64,000 nucleotides of DNA from Octopus sinensis (Eukaryota). Below the pieces are notes generated by a model. It was not told the origin of the DNA. It was given only the letters and a program-made list of their open reading frames with translations, and did not search any database. Made by a program: the position numbers and the translations under genes. The stretch is taken from positions 30,565,360 through 30,629,359 of the forward strand of contig NC_043019.1 in assembly GCF_006345805.1 (NCBI RefSeq). The letters are read 5' to 3'. This document shows, one piece after another, positions 42,930 to 56,686 of this stretch (position 1 is its first letter; each line of letters begins with the position of its first letter).

Positions 42930-45112
42930 GTTTCACAAATACTTTACCATTTCAGTCATCTCTATTTTGTTATAAGTATTTAATTCTTTTTGATGAGGTA
43001 CAGGATTAAATCAACTCCAGTAAGGAACCGCTAAGTGCCAAACTGCTAAATGAAGGGGACGTAAACACACCAGCATCAGTTGTCAACTGATGTTGGGGGA
43101 CCAAAACAGACACACAAAAACATACACTCACACACACATATATATACGATGTGCTTCTTTCAGTTTCCCTCTACCAAATCCATTCACAAAGCTTTGGTTG
43201 GCCCGAGGCTATAGTAGAAGACACTTGCCCATGGTGCCATGCAGTGGGACTGAACCCGGAACCATGTGGTTGGTAAGCAAGCTACTTACCACACAGCCAA
43301 AGAAATATAGCTTTCAAGTTAACTTACCAGAAACAAATTTATATGGAACAGGAATACAGCTCGATGACAGATTTAAAATAATCTTTTTATCATCAGTGAT
43401 GAAATCTAGAAAAAGATTGTACAAGAAGTATTAAATTACAGAATTGCAGAAAAACACATATAATAGCTATCTATTGAAAAAAGGTGATGTAGTGGATTGG
43501 ATGGGTATTTATGAAGGAGTAAAAAACCCTGAAATATGGCATACATGGCCATCACTATTTTCCCATCTTTGATCTCGTTGGTGTTTACATTAGGTGTCTT
43601 GGATAAGAAACATCACAATGAAATCACTGCTGGCTGTAATTTCTATAGAAAGTCTATAGAAATAACCTTAAGACGTGCAGAAGAACCGTGACACAACAGC
43701 TGCACTGAACACAAAACAAAATTTCCTTTACGTTTACTGCAGCTGGTTCTGTCCATTCCTTATTGGCCTAATTGGCCCCCAACGAGCCTGCAGTTAACAT
43801 GAATGGCCCTCTTCTTGAACCTTTGTTTTGGAAAAGCAAACCATGATTTATAAAATCAATCGATAAATGAAATCTTTAACAAATGATTAATGAAACGTAA
43901 TGAAGATGAAAGATTATACCGGATGGATACAAATTCATCCAAGTTAAGTTGTCCTTTGTGGAAGCTTCCTGGGAACAATTTGGGAGGTACTTTGACTGAC
44001 CGGTCAATCTAGGATCAGGGATGAAACAGCTGACCTCTTTAGAGCTCTTTTGTTTTAACTGTGGGAAGAGAAAAAGATAAACACATTTTTACTAGCAAAT
44101 ATAGATTTTGGCACAAGGTCAGTAATTTCAACCCCAGGGCTCAACTGGTACTTATTTTATCAGGCGGCGAGCTGGCAGAAACATTAGCACGCCGGGCGAA
44201 ATGCTTAGCGGTATTTCGTCTGCGTTACGTTGTGAGTTCAAATTCTGCCGAGGTCGACTTTGCCTTTCATCCTTTCGGGGTCGATAAATTAAGTACCAGT
44301 TACAAACTGGGGTCGATGTAATCGACTTAATATCTATGTCTGTCCTTGTTTGTTCCCTCTGTGTTTAGCCCCTTGTGGGTAATAAAGAAATAGGTACTTA
44401 TTTTATTGACCCTGAAAGGATTAAAGGCAAAGTCAACCTGGGCGGAATTTGAACTCAGAATGTTAAGACAGACGAAATATCACTAAGCATTTTTCTTGGA
44501 ATGTTAATGATTTTGCCAGCTTGCCACTATAGTAAAAAAAAAAAAAGAGAATCTTGAATGTTGTGCCCCAGCATGGCCATAGTTCAATGAGTGAAACAAA
44601 TAAAAGGTAGAAGATACACACACAAACACAAACACACACACACACGCACACACAACATTCCCATACCTTGTTCTCCTTGGTTAACGTGGTAGCAATAAAG
44701 GTCGGAAGCTTGATGCCAGAATCGTAAACAGTTACATGGGAAGTATGAGGTAGGAGTAACACCGTCGTGTTAGATGCAGGCAAACCAAAAGATTTAGCCC
44801 CTTCAAAATCCGTGTGGTTGTTTGAGTCATTGAGTAAGACAAATAATCCCTTCACCTGCAAATGGAAATGTGATTCGTTTTTTTTTTTTTGTTAATTTAT
44901 TTATCACAACAAGAATAAATAACAAAGCAATTAACTCTAGAAAAAAAAAAGAAAGGAGAAGTGGCTGTGTGGTAAGAAGCTTGCTTCCCAACCACATGGT
45001 TCCGGGTTCAGTCCAACCCACTGTGTGGCATCTTGGGCAAGTGTCTTCTACTATAACCTCAGGCAGACCAAAGCCTTGTGAGTGGATTTGGTGGATGGAA
45101 ACTGAAAGAAGC

Positions 45113-45150
<38 letters not shown>

Positions 45151-47698
45151 TGCAGCGTGGAAAGTGTTTATAAGCCATTTAAGAAACACACAAAAACCGT
45201 TAGATTCACTTCAACGAGGATTTGGTCAGCCCAAGGTTATAGTAGAAGACACTTGCCCAAGAACCATGTGGTTGGTAAGCAAGTTTTTAACCACACAGCC
45301 ACTCCTACGCCTAGTACATTGGTACTTTATGTAGAAGTATCTTTACCATTTTGCTGAATACTGGGGAGTTAGGACAATCGTTATCTTGAAGAAATTGCTT
45401 CAACTTCACAAGTGACATATTGAAAGGTGTTTTCAAATATTGGCCCATCAGACTCTGCTTGTTCCTTATTGGCGGTGAATGCAAAATGCTATCCAAACGG
45501 CCCACTGTTCCATTGTTTGGAGCACCGGTAACATTGAAGATATCTGAAAAAAGAATTTTCTCATTCAATTTTTTGTTATATATATATATATATATATATT
45601 TTATATATATATATAATATATATATATATATATTTCTCCTTTTTGTGCTCACGTGACCAGCCAGCTACTACTGCCTTTTCGCATCAAGTAGTTAGTGTGA
45701 CAACACGTATTTGTTTGTGCTCCGTTTGCCTTCAGGCACTTGTTCCACAGCCAGCCTATACTCAACTCGTCCTGTCGAAAGATGCTTGTCCTGACGTCCT
45801 GGTTTTGTTATTATTGTTTTTACGTTATTTTGTATTCTTATCCGTGCTATCGTTATTGTTTTTATGTATTTTTGAATTTTTTTCGAGTAACATCGTCCGT
45901 TTTTCCGTCACCGTGTTGTATACTTTCGAGGTTTTCTTCCAAGGAATCTAATGCGATTGGCTTAGATTTCCCTTGGCGGGCTGCCCAGATTGGAGCAATC
46001 TCAAGATTAATCAGCCGAAATTGTGAAGATGATCTGGTTCTTGACTGATGACTGAGAGCTTCGAAAGTCCCGTCTGTGTGTTTTTTTGTTGTCTTCAAAA
46101 TGTTTCACGTTCTTGTCCCAGTTTGTTTTTTTTAACGTTTACATATATACATGGCGGCTACGTATCCTACCTTTTGACCCTATATATATATATATATATA
46201 TGTGCATGTATATGTGTGTATATATATATATATTTGTGTGTGTGTATGTATGTATATAGATGTATGTGCCTATGTCTGTGTCTGCATTTGCGCCCCCTCC
46301 CCACTGCTTGACAATTGGTGCTGGTGTGTATACGTCATAACTTAGTGGTTTAGCAAAAGTGATTGATGCAATAAGTACCAGGCTTTTAAAAATATCAAAG
46401 AAACAAGTAAAACAAAAATAAAAGAAACAACCTATAAGATGGGCTTCTTTCAATTTCCATCCACAAGGCCTTTGTTGGCCTGGGGCCACATCCACATCTA
46501 CTCATATAACATTGATATGCCTGCAACTATACACAGATATACCTACACCTGTGCACAGCCATACCTGTGTCTTTTGAAAATATGGAATGCTTAATATAAC
46601 TGGTACAATATTTTTTACTTAAAAATATGAACAAAATATGGGAATAGAACAAAAAAACAAAAATAAAAAATCAGCGATTACTCACCAGTAAACAGATTAT
46701 AAAGTTCAATATTTTCAAAAGGTTTGATTGTCAAATTTTGCTTGAAATCTGGCCCGTAAGCAAGGAATAAGCTCTGTTGTTTAATATAAAATGATACATC
46801 ATGTAAATACATAAATATACACACACACATGAAAGATTGAAATGGAATATAGAAATTAATAGTTATCGCCATACTAATATGGCATTCTTATAAAAATAAG
46901 AATAAAGCTGTCCGCTTATTAGCTCCATGAGGCCATCGCCTTAAGTTAGCTATTTGATACACAAACTGTATCCATATAACCTTCGAACAAGGGAGGTCAG
47001 TCGCTCCACACTACTTGATCGACAGCTACAGACGCGTTTCGGGGTATTGCCCCTTGTCAATGTAGCGTTTCTATTAACAAGTGGATGTATTCCACCGAAA
47101 CTAGGTAAATAAAACCTTCGAACAGAGATAGTCGGAAGCGACACCTACTGGTCTGACTACGCTACATTGACAAGGGGCAATACCCCGAAACGCGTCTGTA
47201 GCGACTGACCTCCCTTGTTCGAAGGTTATATGGATACAGTTTGTGTATCAAATAGCTAACTTAAGGCGATGGCCTCATGGAGCTAATAAGCGGACAGCTT
47301 TATTCTTATTTTTATAAGAATGCCATATTAGTATGGCGATAACTATTAATTTCCAGGAACGCTGCCGTGTTCTCTTTTAGAGAGACTTAGTAATTTTAAT
47401 ATGAATATAGAAATGATTAACAGAAAAGGACAAAGGACAAATAAACATAGAGATCCTCTCATCAGCCATGCAGACCATGCTCAGTGTAGTTTCAGTATGT
47501 ATAAACTCCAATGACTTTGAATTCTATAGTACTCTTCTCCTTTGGTTGCTCTAGAGATATAGGAGATATCACTGAGGTGATGGTCAAACAAATGCTAAAA
47601 GTGAAGGACAACCACATACTAGTGGGATGGAAAACTGCACTTTTAAACCTTCTTTCAAATATAATTCCACTCATGTGGTACCTTACAACTCCACTTTG

Positions 47699-47749
<51 letters not shown>

Positions 47750-49130
47750 TGCAAAGTATGTACAAGTGATTGTTTTTGAGATTAGGTATGGAAAAATACA
47801 ACACTGACTGAGAATGGTTGAGTGAAGGAAATAAGGAGAGATTAAGGGGTGATACAGTAAGAAGAAAGGATAAGAATTAAAGAGTGAGTTCAATGAAAGT
47901 TTCAATTGAAAAGACAATGGGAGTGAAGAATTTTGGGATTGCCTCACAGTGGTGGTGGCAATGAGTAGGGGAATAGTGAGAGAAACAAAGAAAGAGAATA
48001 ATAAGTGTGAAAGAGAACATGTGAAGAGTGAAGAGAAGTACAGAAAGGAATTTTGAAAGAGGAAAAAAGCAAAACATTAGTAGCAAGGAGAACAAGATAG
48101 AAATGTTAAGTGGCAAAGAAGAAATAAAATTTAACCCTTTTACTGCAGAAATCAGATATATCCTATCAAAATTTCATTAGCCTTTAACTGCCGAAATCAG
48201 TTTTATATTCCAATTAATCTTTTGTTGAGGAACGTCATGTTTGAAATTAATTTCTTTTATGATATACTAGCAGTATCGTCTGGCGTTGCTCGGGTTTGTA
48301 AGGGAAATAACTATAAAGCATTTTTAGAGAGTTATAGCCAAAAAATAGCAAAAAAATGCATTAAAAATGGAAAAAAATGATGGTAATTTTTTTTTTTAAA
48401 TCGTTGACTCATCGTAGACATTTTTAGAGAGTTACTTCCCTTATATAATAGCGAAAAAAGGCATTAAAATGGAAAAAAATGATGGTAAATTATTTTTAAA
48501 ATCGTAGACTCATCGTAGACGCACGCTAATACCCAGAAGGGCTCGATATGAATCACGACTATAACTGCACCACAAAATGTGGGAGTAGTTAGGAATCTAA
48601 ATCATTGGAGACAGACACACAACTTCACTTTTATATATAAAGATTAAGTTTATTAAGGCAATGTTACTTTGCAGAAAATAGCAATTCTATTTTTTTGGTA
48701 GATATTTAACATCATTAATGAAATAACTTTGAAATTTAAGTTTGCTGTTAAAGGGTCAAGAGATCTCATCAAACTTGTGATCAAAGGCAATCCATTCATG
48801 ACTGTCCTACTTTCTATCCAGAAACATTGAACTCAGGACCACATTATTCAATGGCCCCTACTTTCATTTTAACCCCTTTTAATGTGGAAATCAGCTATGT
48901 TCACTCAAAATTTCATTAACCTTAATCACAGAAAGCAATTTTATATACCAATCTATCTTTTGTTGAGGAAGGTCATGTTTGGAACCATTTGCTGTCGAGA
49001 TATGTCAAGTTTACTTCACCAATGTGATTTGCAGAAAATACAATTATATTTTTTGGTAGACTACCATAACCACCACCACCACCGCCACCACCACTGCTGC
49101 CACCGCCACCGCCACCGCCGCCGCCGCCGC

Positions 49131-49215
<85 letters not shown>

Positions 49216-49254
49216 GCCGCCGCCGCCGCCACCGCCGCCGCCGCCGCCACCGCC

Positions 49255-49302
<48 letters not shown>

Positions 49303-52300
49303 GCCGCCGCCGCCACTGCTGCCGCCACCACCACCACCACCACCACCACCAATTAATTTCAATTAATTTTAAATATAACTAAAAATTTAGTAAAATAACT
49401 TAGTTATCATTAAGCTAGTGGAGGTGTGTGGCTTAGTGGTTAGGGTGTTGAATTCATGATCGTAAGGTTGCGGTTTCGATTCTGGGATTGGGGGATGCAT
49501 TGTGATCTTGAGCAGTCAGCTCAACGAGCAGTTGCTGTTGCTCAAACAAGAGGTCGAGCACCTAAAGTCTGTTGTTGCTCTCTTACTGAATAAACAGTCT
49601 CCTGTTGACGCAGAGTCACCCTTGATTTCTTCCCTGGAGACGTCCAAACCGAAGGGAACAAAATCGAAGCGGCCAAAGAAGGCGAAGGAACCGGTGGTCG
49701 TTTCTGCACATGATCGTTCCTGTGCGGATTCTTCCCCATCTGCCTTTTCGGTCCTGGAGGTTCCCCAACCGAATTTGAGGAGCGTAGACTCAAACCCACC
49801 TGAAGACCGTTGTTCTCCCCAAAAGAAGAAACGTCAAAACTCCAGTGGGGCGGATTTAGCTATGAAACCTGACCACGATAAACGGTCTCCTGTTGACGCA
49901 GAGTCACCCTTGATTTCTTCCCTGGAGACGTCCAAACCGAAGGGAACAAAATCGAAGCGGCCAAAGAAGGTGAAGGAACTGGCGGTCGTTTCTGCACATG
50001 ATCGTTCCTGTGCGGATTCTTCCTCATCTGCCTTTTCGGTCCCGGAGGTTCCCCAACCTAATTTGAGGAGCGTAGACTCAAACCCACCTGAAGACCGTTG
50101 TTCTCCCCAAAAGAAGAAACGTAATCAAAACTCCAGAGGGGCAGATTTGGCTATGAAACCTGATCACGATAAAATCCGTTTGGATTCTCCCTCACCTGTC
50201 CTTCCCATTAATGCCATTGCTCAACCAATTCTGAACGATCTCGATGTGAGTTCATCTGGGGAGTGGCGCTCCCCCAAACCGAAGAAGAGGCAGTGCAGTT
50301 CCAAACCAGGTGGGAAAATTATGACCACTAAACCCATTCCGATCGACCCCACAGGCCGACATAAGTCCGATGGCTATGAAACCACCCTTTCGAAATCCTC
50401 CAATGAAGAATCGAATACCACAGCTCATAGTAGAGAACATTTTGCCCACTCAAGATCAGCAATAATTTACGGTAAAGCTGAATCCACCCGTGATACAGGC
50501 ATAAACCGCCTAAAAGATGACATTAATTTTGTTTCCATTTTGGTTGGAGAATTGTTCTCCGTGAACGAAAAGGTCAGTGTCCTTAAGGTCGCTCGGCTAG
50601 GAAGATTCCAAGCGAACCCAACCGCAGATACTAGACCATGCCCAATAAGGGTAATCTTTTCTTCTGATCGGGAAGCTTCAGTCTTTCTGAACAGAGCTCA
50701 GACGCATTCCTGGGAGGACCCCAATATGGGTTATTGCGAGGAATACTCACTAAGAGAGAGAATTCGCCGGAGAAACCTGATATCCGAACTAAAGATGAGG
50801 AAACAAATGGGAGAGAAGGGTTTACGAATCCAAGATGGACAGATAATCAAGTCCTACCTCTGGTCCCATGCTGTAGTGCTGACAGGGAAAGTGATGTGAG
50901 GGCAAATCGAAGTGAAGTTGATACCCCCGTCAACGATGCTATCTCTGATACCCCTTATTCTGCTTGCTCCCCAACTCCCGCCCCTCAGACTTCACAGCTC
51001 AGCATCGTCTACACCAACTCGTGCCCCTTATTCCCAAAGTTCAGTGAACTATTTACACTGGCCATACGTAACTCCCCTGATGTGATAGCTATCACCGAGA
51101 CTTGGCTGACTCCAGCAGTAAAGGACTCAGAAATCCACCTGCAGGGCTACGTCCTTTTCAGATGTGACAGAGGAAAAAGGCGAGGTGGAGGTGTTGCTGT
51201 GTATGTTAAGTCTGAGCACAAACCGTCCAGCGGTATTCTACCCACTAATGCTCAGCCTACAACAAAATTCGATGCCGTCTATTGCAAGCTGAGCCTATCT
51301 GAGTTTTGCCTGCCCGTGTTGGCTGTCTACAGGCCGCCTCTTGCCGACCCCCATGACGATGCTCATTTACTCGAAGCGATAAGATTCGTTTCAGCTTCGC
51401 ATGACTGTTTGGTACTAGGAGACTTCAACGCTCCCACGATCGATTGGCCCGCATCAATTTGTACAACATCTTCCCGGTTCGGCCAGGCCCTTCTTGACGT
51501 GGCTGAAGATTGTTTTCTATCGTAACATGTTGAATATCCGACAAGGCATTGGTCTGGGCAGCAGCCATCTATGCTAGATCTGGTATTCTCCCGCTATCCA
51601 AGATCAGTGTCAGACGTATCTGTGTGCGCCCCTCTTGCCAAGAGTGATCATGCGGTCCTGAAGTTCGTCATGCACACAACTTTTTCTACGCCCACGACTA
51701 CTTCGCTGCCACGTAGAGTCTTCTCTGCAATTAATCTTGAAATTCTAACCGAGGCTTCCGCGCTTCTGGACTGGCGATCCCTGATGACGTTGTCCTCAGT
51801 TGACGAACTATGGTCATCCCTCAAAGCATATGTAATCTGTTTGACTGACCAGGCAGTTCCCGTTGGGCTCCCCAAGAGGAAGAAACACAAGCCCTGGGTG
51901 ACGAAGAGGGTTAAACAAGAACGTCGACTCAGAGATATTGCTTGGGCTGAATTCAAAAATCTGGATTCGACTGCAGCTTTTGAGGTGTACAAAACTCAAC
52001 GAGACCGAGCCGTGAAAATTGAAAAGAAAGAACGCTTCAGTTACGAATACAAAATTGCGGCAAATGCCAGTAGCAATCCAAAAACCTTCTTTGCCCATGT
52101 CCAGCGGAATTCCCGCTTGAACAACCAGATTGCAACGTTGGTAGACTCAACAGGCGTATCGATTGAGGACCCTTATCAACAGAGTCAATTATTTGCCGAG
52201 GCTTTTTCAACTATTTTCAAACAAGATGATGGTCGTGAACCCCCTCCATTTGATAGATCGGTACCTCCAATGCTTCGATTGGTCATCATGCGGGACGAAG

Positions 52301-55300
52301 TCAAACGTGTTATTCAAGGCCTCGATGTCAACAAAGGTCACGGCCCTGACGGCATACACCCACGGGTTATCAAAGCGTTGGCTCCGGTCATCTGCGAGCC
52401 CTTAACACGACTATTCAATATGTCATTGGCGACGGGTGTTATACCTGCAGACTGGAGAACAGCGATAATCTGCCCAATTTTCAAGAAAGGGAGCCGCGAA
52501 GACTCGCTTAACTACCGACCGGTTTCCCTTACATCAATTATCAGCAAGATGTTCGAAACCATCCTTAAGAAAAGTATGATGCTCCACCTCCTAAACACAG
52601 CCTCTATCTCTGATTCCCAACACGGCTTCATGCCGAAGAGATCATACTTGACCAACCTACTAGTAATGGAAGAATTGGTGACGCGCATTCTCGATGATAG
52701 TGATGCTGTTGACATCGTTTTACTGGACTTTGCCAAAGCTTTTGACTCGGTAAACCACCGCCTATTGCTTGTCAAGCTTCAAGCATATAGTTTCCATCCG
52801 GATATTGTACGATGGGTTGGTGCCTTCCTCTCAGATTGCTCCTTCCAAGTCCAAGTTAATGGTTCGCGGTCCGACGTCTCCAGTGCGAGCAGTGGCGTGC
52901 CTCAAGGTTCAGTGCTTGGGCCCTTGTTGTTCTTAGTCTTCATAAATGACTTGCCCGACGACCTCACGCAACACACCCTTCTATTTGCCGACGATATCAA
53001 ACTGGTCGCTCCTCGCGGAAATATAGAGGATCTTCGTCGATGCCTCCACCAAATTTGGAAGTGGTCTAACAATTGGGACCTGTGTCTGAACATGTCAAAG
53101 TGCTGTCATCTGCCTGTTGGCTCTACTCCTGCAACTCAACTTGATTTCGAGCCGGGTCGTCTGCTGCTGGAGAGGACCGATCAGGTAAAGGACCTAGGTA
53201 TCTTGGTGGATTCCTCCTTTTCGCCTTCGGCCCAGTGCGTCCATGCTGCCAACAAAGCACGCGGAATTCTGTTCTTGATTCGACGGTCATTCGGACTGCT
53301 CACAGCAGCCATATTCCTACCACTCTATGTCACGCTGGTGAGACCCATATTGGAGTATGGGATTCAAGCCTCTTCTCCTTATCTCCTCAAAGACATACAG
53401 CATCTCGAAAGAGTCCAGAAGCTGGCTACCCGCATGGTTCATGGTCTCAAAAATTTGTCCTATGAAGAAAGGCTGAGGACGCTCGACCTTTATTCTCTTG
53501 AAAAACGCCGCCGCCGTGGTGATCTCATTCTCGCCCACAACATCATAAGCGGAAAGTGTAACCTCTCGAAAGAGCTGTTCTTCACTCCTGCTCCAGAGCG
53601 TCGGCTGCGAGGTCATTCCGAAAAGCTCTACCTGCGATGATTTCATCTCAATCGAAGGAGAGGAGCTTTCTCCGTCCGGGTTGCGGATCCGTGGAACAAG
53701 CTGCCAGACTAGATGGTGAAGATGCTGACGACCGCTTTGTTCAAAGCCTCCCTTGACCTCAAGTGGCCTGAACTCTTTACATGAACACCACCCTGTACTT
53801 AACTCCATGTCCCCCTACATGGCCTTGCTATTTGCTTTTGAGCCAAATTAACTAACTAACTAACTAACTTCATTTCACGTGGCTCCAGTTGACTCAGCTG
53901 GCAAAAATGAGTAACGCTGCGATGGACTGGCGTCCATTTAGTAAATTTAGTAAAATAACTCAGTTATTATTTAGCTAGTGTTTGGAACATAAATTGTGAC
54001 TAAGGTTTGGTGGAAGATTTCAATGCAAAACTTATGAAAACAAGACATTTGTACTACAGAGCCAGAGCAGGTTTCAGCCGGGTTGGTATCAGAAGGGTTA
54101 AATATAACAAAGAATTTAGTAAAATAACTCAGTTATTATTTATCTAGTGTTAGGAACATAAATTGTGACTAAGGTTTGGTGGAAGATTTCAATGCAAAAC
54201 TTATGAAAACAAGACATTTGTACTACAGATCCAGAGCAGGTTTCAGCCGGGTTGGTATCAAAAGGGTTAAATATAACAAAGAATTTAGTAAAATAACTCA
54301 GTTATCATTTAGCTAGTGTTTGGAACATAAATTGTGACTAAGGTTTGGTGGAAGATTTCAATGCAAAACTTATGAAAACAAGACATTTGTACTACAGAGC
54401 CAGAGCAGGTTTCAGCCGGGTTGGTATCAAAAGGGTTAAACATTTATTATTTAGTATCAAAATTTTCATCACAGTAAATGTGACCATGTCACTGATAAGA
54501 TTCTTGCCAGTGATCAGTCAATGAAAATTTTCACACTAGATAATAAATGTTGATGTGAAGTTAATCGTCTTTGAGAGTTAAAGTAATTGAATTGTCAAAA
54601 TGCGTCTTGCATTATGATTAAAACAAAAATACTGAAAAATAAAGTAAATTCATAAAATTTTACCCTCATGCTTCTGTATCGGTTGTCATAACCATGGCTT
54701 CCTTTATCTGTATATAAAGCTATATCCCTGAGGAAAAGAGAAAGATTTTAATTAATACTTCATTTCAAATTACTTAAGTTTACCGAGCTGTAAATGGGTA
54801 TAACCTGTGAAGGAGTAGTCTTCTGATCAGAGACAATGTTGGCCTGCTCACCTACCCAGCAGGGTGGCTTAATTTGAAAGCTAAAATGATCTAAAGCACA
54901 TTATGACCAGTGATGTATAACAACATCTGATAGTCTGGTTGATCGTGTGATATACATATATATATATATATATATACACACACATATATATACATACATA
55001 CATATATATATAAATATATATATGTGTGTGTGTATATAAATTAGAGAAGACCCACCATGTAGCAATTCAACAATGATATACTTAAATCATACCATATAGA
55101 AAAAAATTAAAGATACAATAAAACATTTACCTAGAACTAAATAAAGTCTGAAATAATGAATAATTAGTATATAATTAGTAAATAGACTACACGTGTTTTG
55201 TGGCTATATTTTCAAATTGATAACAATAAAATCATTCAATTTAAATATAGTCACTCATCAGGTCTAAGATAAAAATAATAAAATAATCAACTGTATATAT

Positions 55301-56646
55301 ATATATGGCTGTGTGGTAAGAAGCTTGCTTCCCATCCACATGATTCTGGGTTCAGTCCCACTGTGTGGCACCTTGTGCAGGTGTCTTCTTCTGTAGCCTT
55401 GGGCTATATATATATATATATATTAATGTGTGTGTGTCTGTGTTTGTAACCCCACCATCACTTGACAACTGATGCATGTTCATGTCCCTGTAACTTAGTA
55501 GTTCAGCAAAAGAGACTGATAGAATAAGTACTAGGCTTATAAAAAATAAGCCCCTGGGGTTGATTTTTTCGACTAAAACCCCTTAAGGCAGTGCTCCAGC
55601 ATGGGTGCAGTCAAATGACTGAAACAGATAAGAGAATAAAACATAGGTGCAGGAGTGGCAGTGTGGTAAGTAGCTTGCTTCCCAACCACATGGTTCTGGT
55701 TTCAGTCCCACTGTGTGACACATTGGGCAAGTGTCTTCTACTATAACCTCAGGATGACGAAAGCTTTGTGAGTGGATTTTGTAGATGGAAGCGTAAAGAA
55801 GCCCATAGTATATATATATATATATATACACACACATATATATACATACATACATATATATAAATATATATATGTGTGTGTGTGTATATAAATTAGAGAA
55901 GACCCACCATGTAGCAATTCAACAATGATATACTTAAATCATACCATATAGAAAAAAATTAAAGATACAATAAAACATTTACCTAGAACTAAATAAAGTC
56001 TGAAATAATGAATAATTAGTATATAATTAGTAAATAGACTACACGTGTTTTGTGGCTATATTTTCAAATTGATAACAATAAAATCAATTCAATTTAAATA
56101 TAGTCACTCATCAGGTCTAAGATAAAAATAATAAAATAATCAACTGTATATATATATATGGCTGTGTGGTAAGAAGCTTGCTTCCCATCCACATGATTCT
56201 GGGTTCAGTCCCACTGTGTGGCACCTTGTGCAGGTGTCTTCTTCTGTAGCCTTGGGCTATATATATATATATTAATGTGTGTGTGTCTGTGTTTGTAACC
56301 CCACCATCACTTGACAACTGATGAATGTTCATGTCCCTGTAACTTAGTAGTTCAGCAAAAGAGACTGATAGAATAAGTACTAGGCTTATAAAAAATAAGC
56401 CCCTGGGGTTGATTTTTTCGACTAAAACCCCTTAAGGCAGTGCTCCAGCATGGGTGCAGTCAAATGACTGAAACAGATAAGAGAATAAAACATAGGTGCA
56501 GGAGTGGCAGTGTGGTAAGTAGCTTGCTTCCCAACCACATGGTTCTGGTTTCAGTCCCACTGTGTGACACATTGGGCAAGTGTCTTCTACTATAACCTCA
56601 GGATGACGAAAGCTTTGTGAGTGGATTTTGTAGATGGAAGCCCATA

Positions 56647-56686
<40 letters not shown>

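Larger units (their letters stand above)
49515..53869 (+). mobile_element. CR1-group LINE, 5'-truncated within ORF1, with (TAAC)n tail
   Basis: GC-richer block; ORF1 to 50899; ORF2 with AP endonuclease (IAITETWL, RRGGGV, VYRPP, GDFN, LDLV, SDH) and RT (YRPVSLTS, QHGF, DFAKAFDSV, GVPQGSVLGP, LFADD); short 3' UTR then taactaactaac. It splits a SINE. Confidence 0.93.

Noticed and set aside
43730-43820. Candidate extra ENPP exon
   Set aside because: In-frame TAG in the required phase; the 43328-43405 exon fits instead.
46040-46080. CTGATGA...GAAA near the end of an unclassified repeat (45650-46170)
   Set aside because: Stems I-III do not pair convincingly; not counted as a hammerhead.
48882-49382. 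Poly-Arg (protamine-like), poly-Gly and poly-Ala ORFs
   Set aside because: All are frames of the CCG repeat inside an intron; no supporting gene structure.
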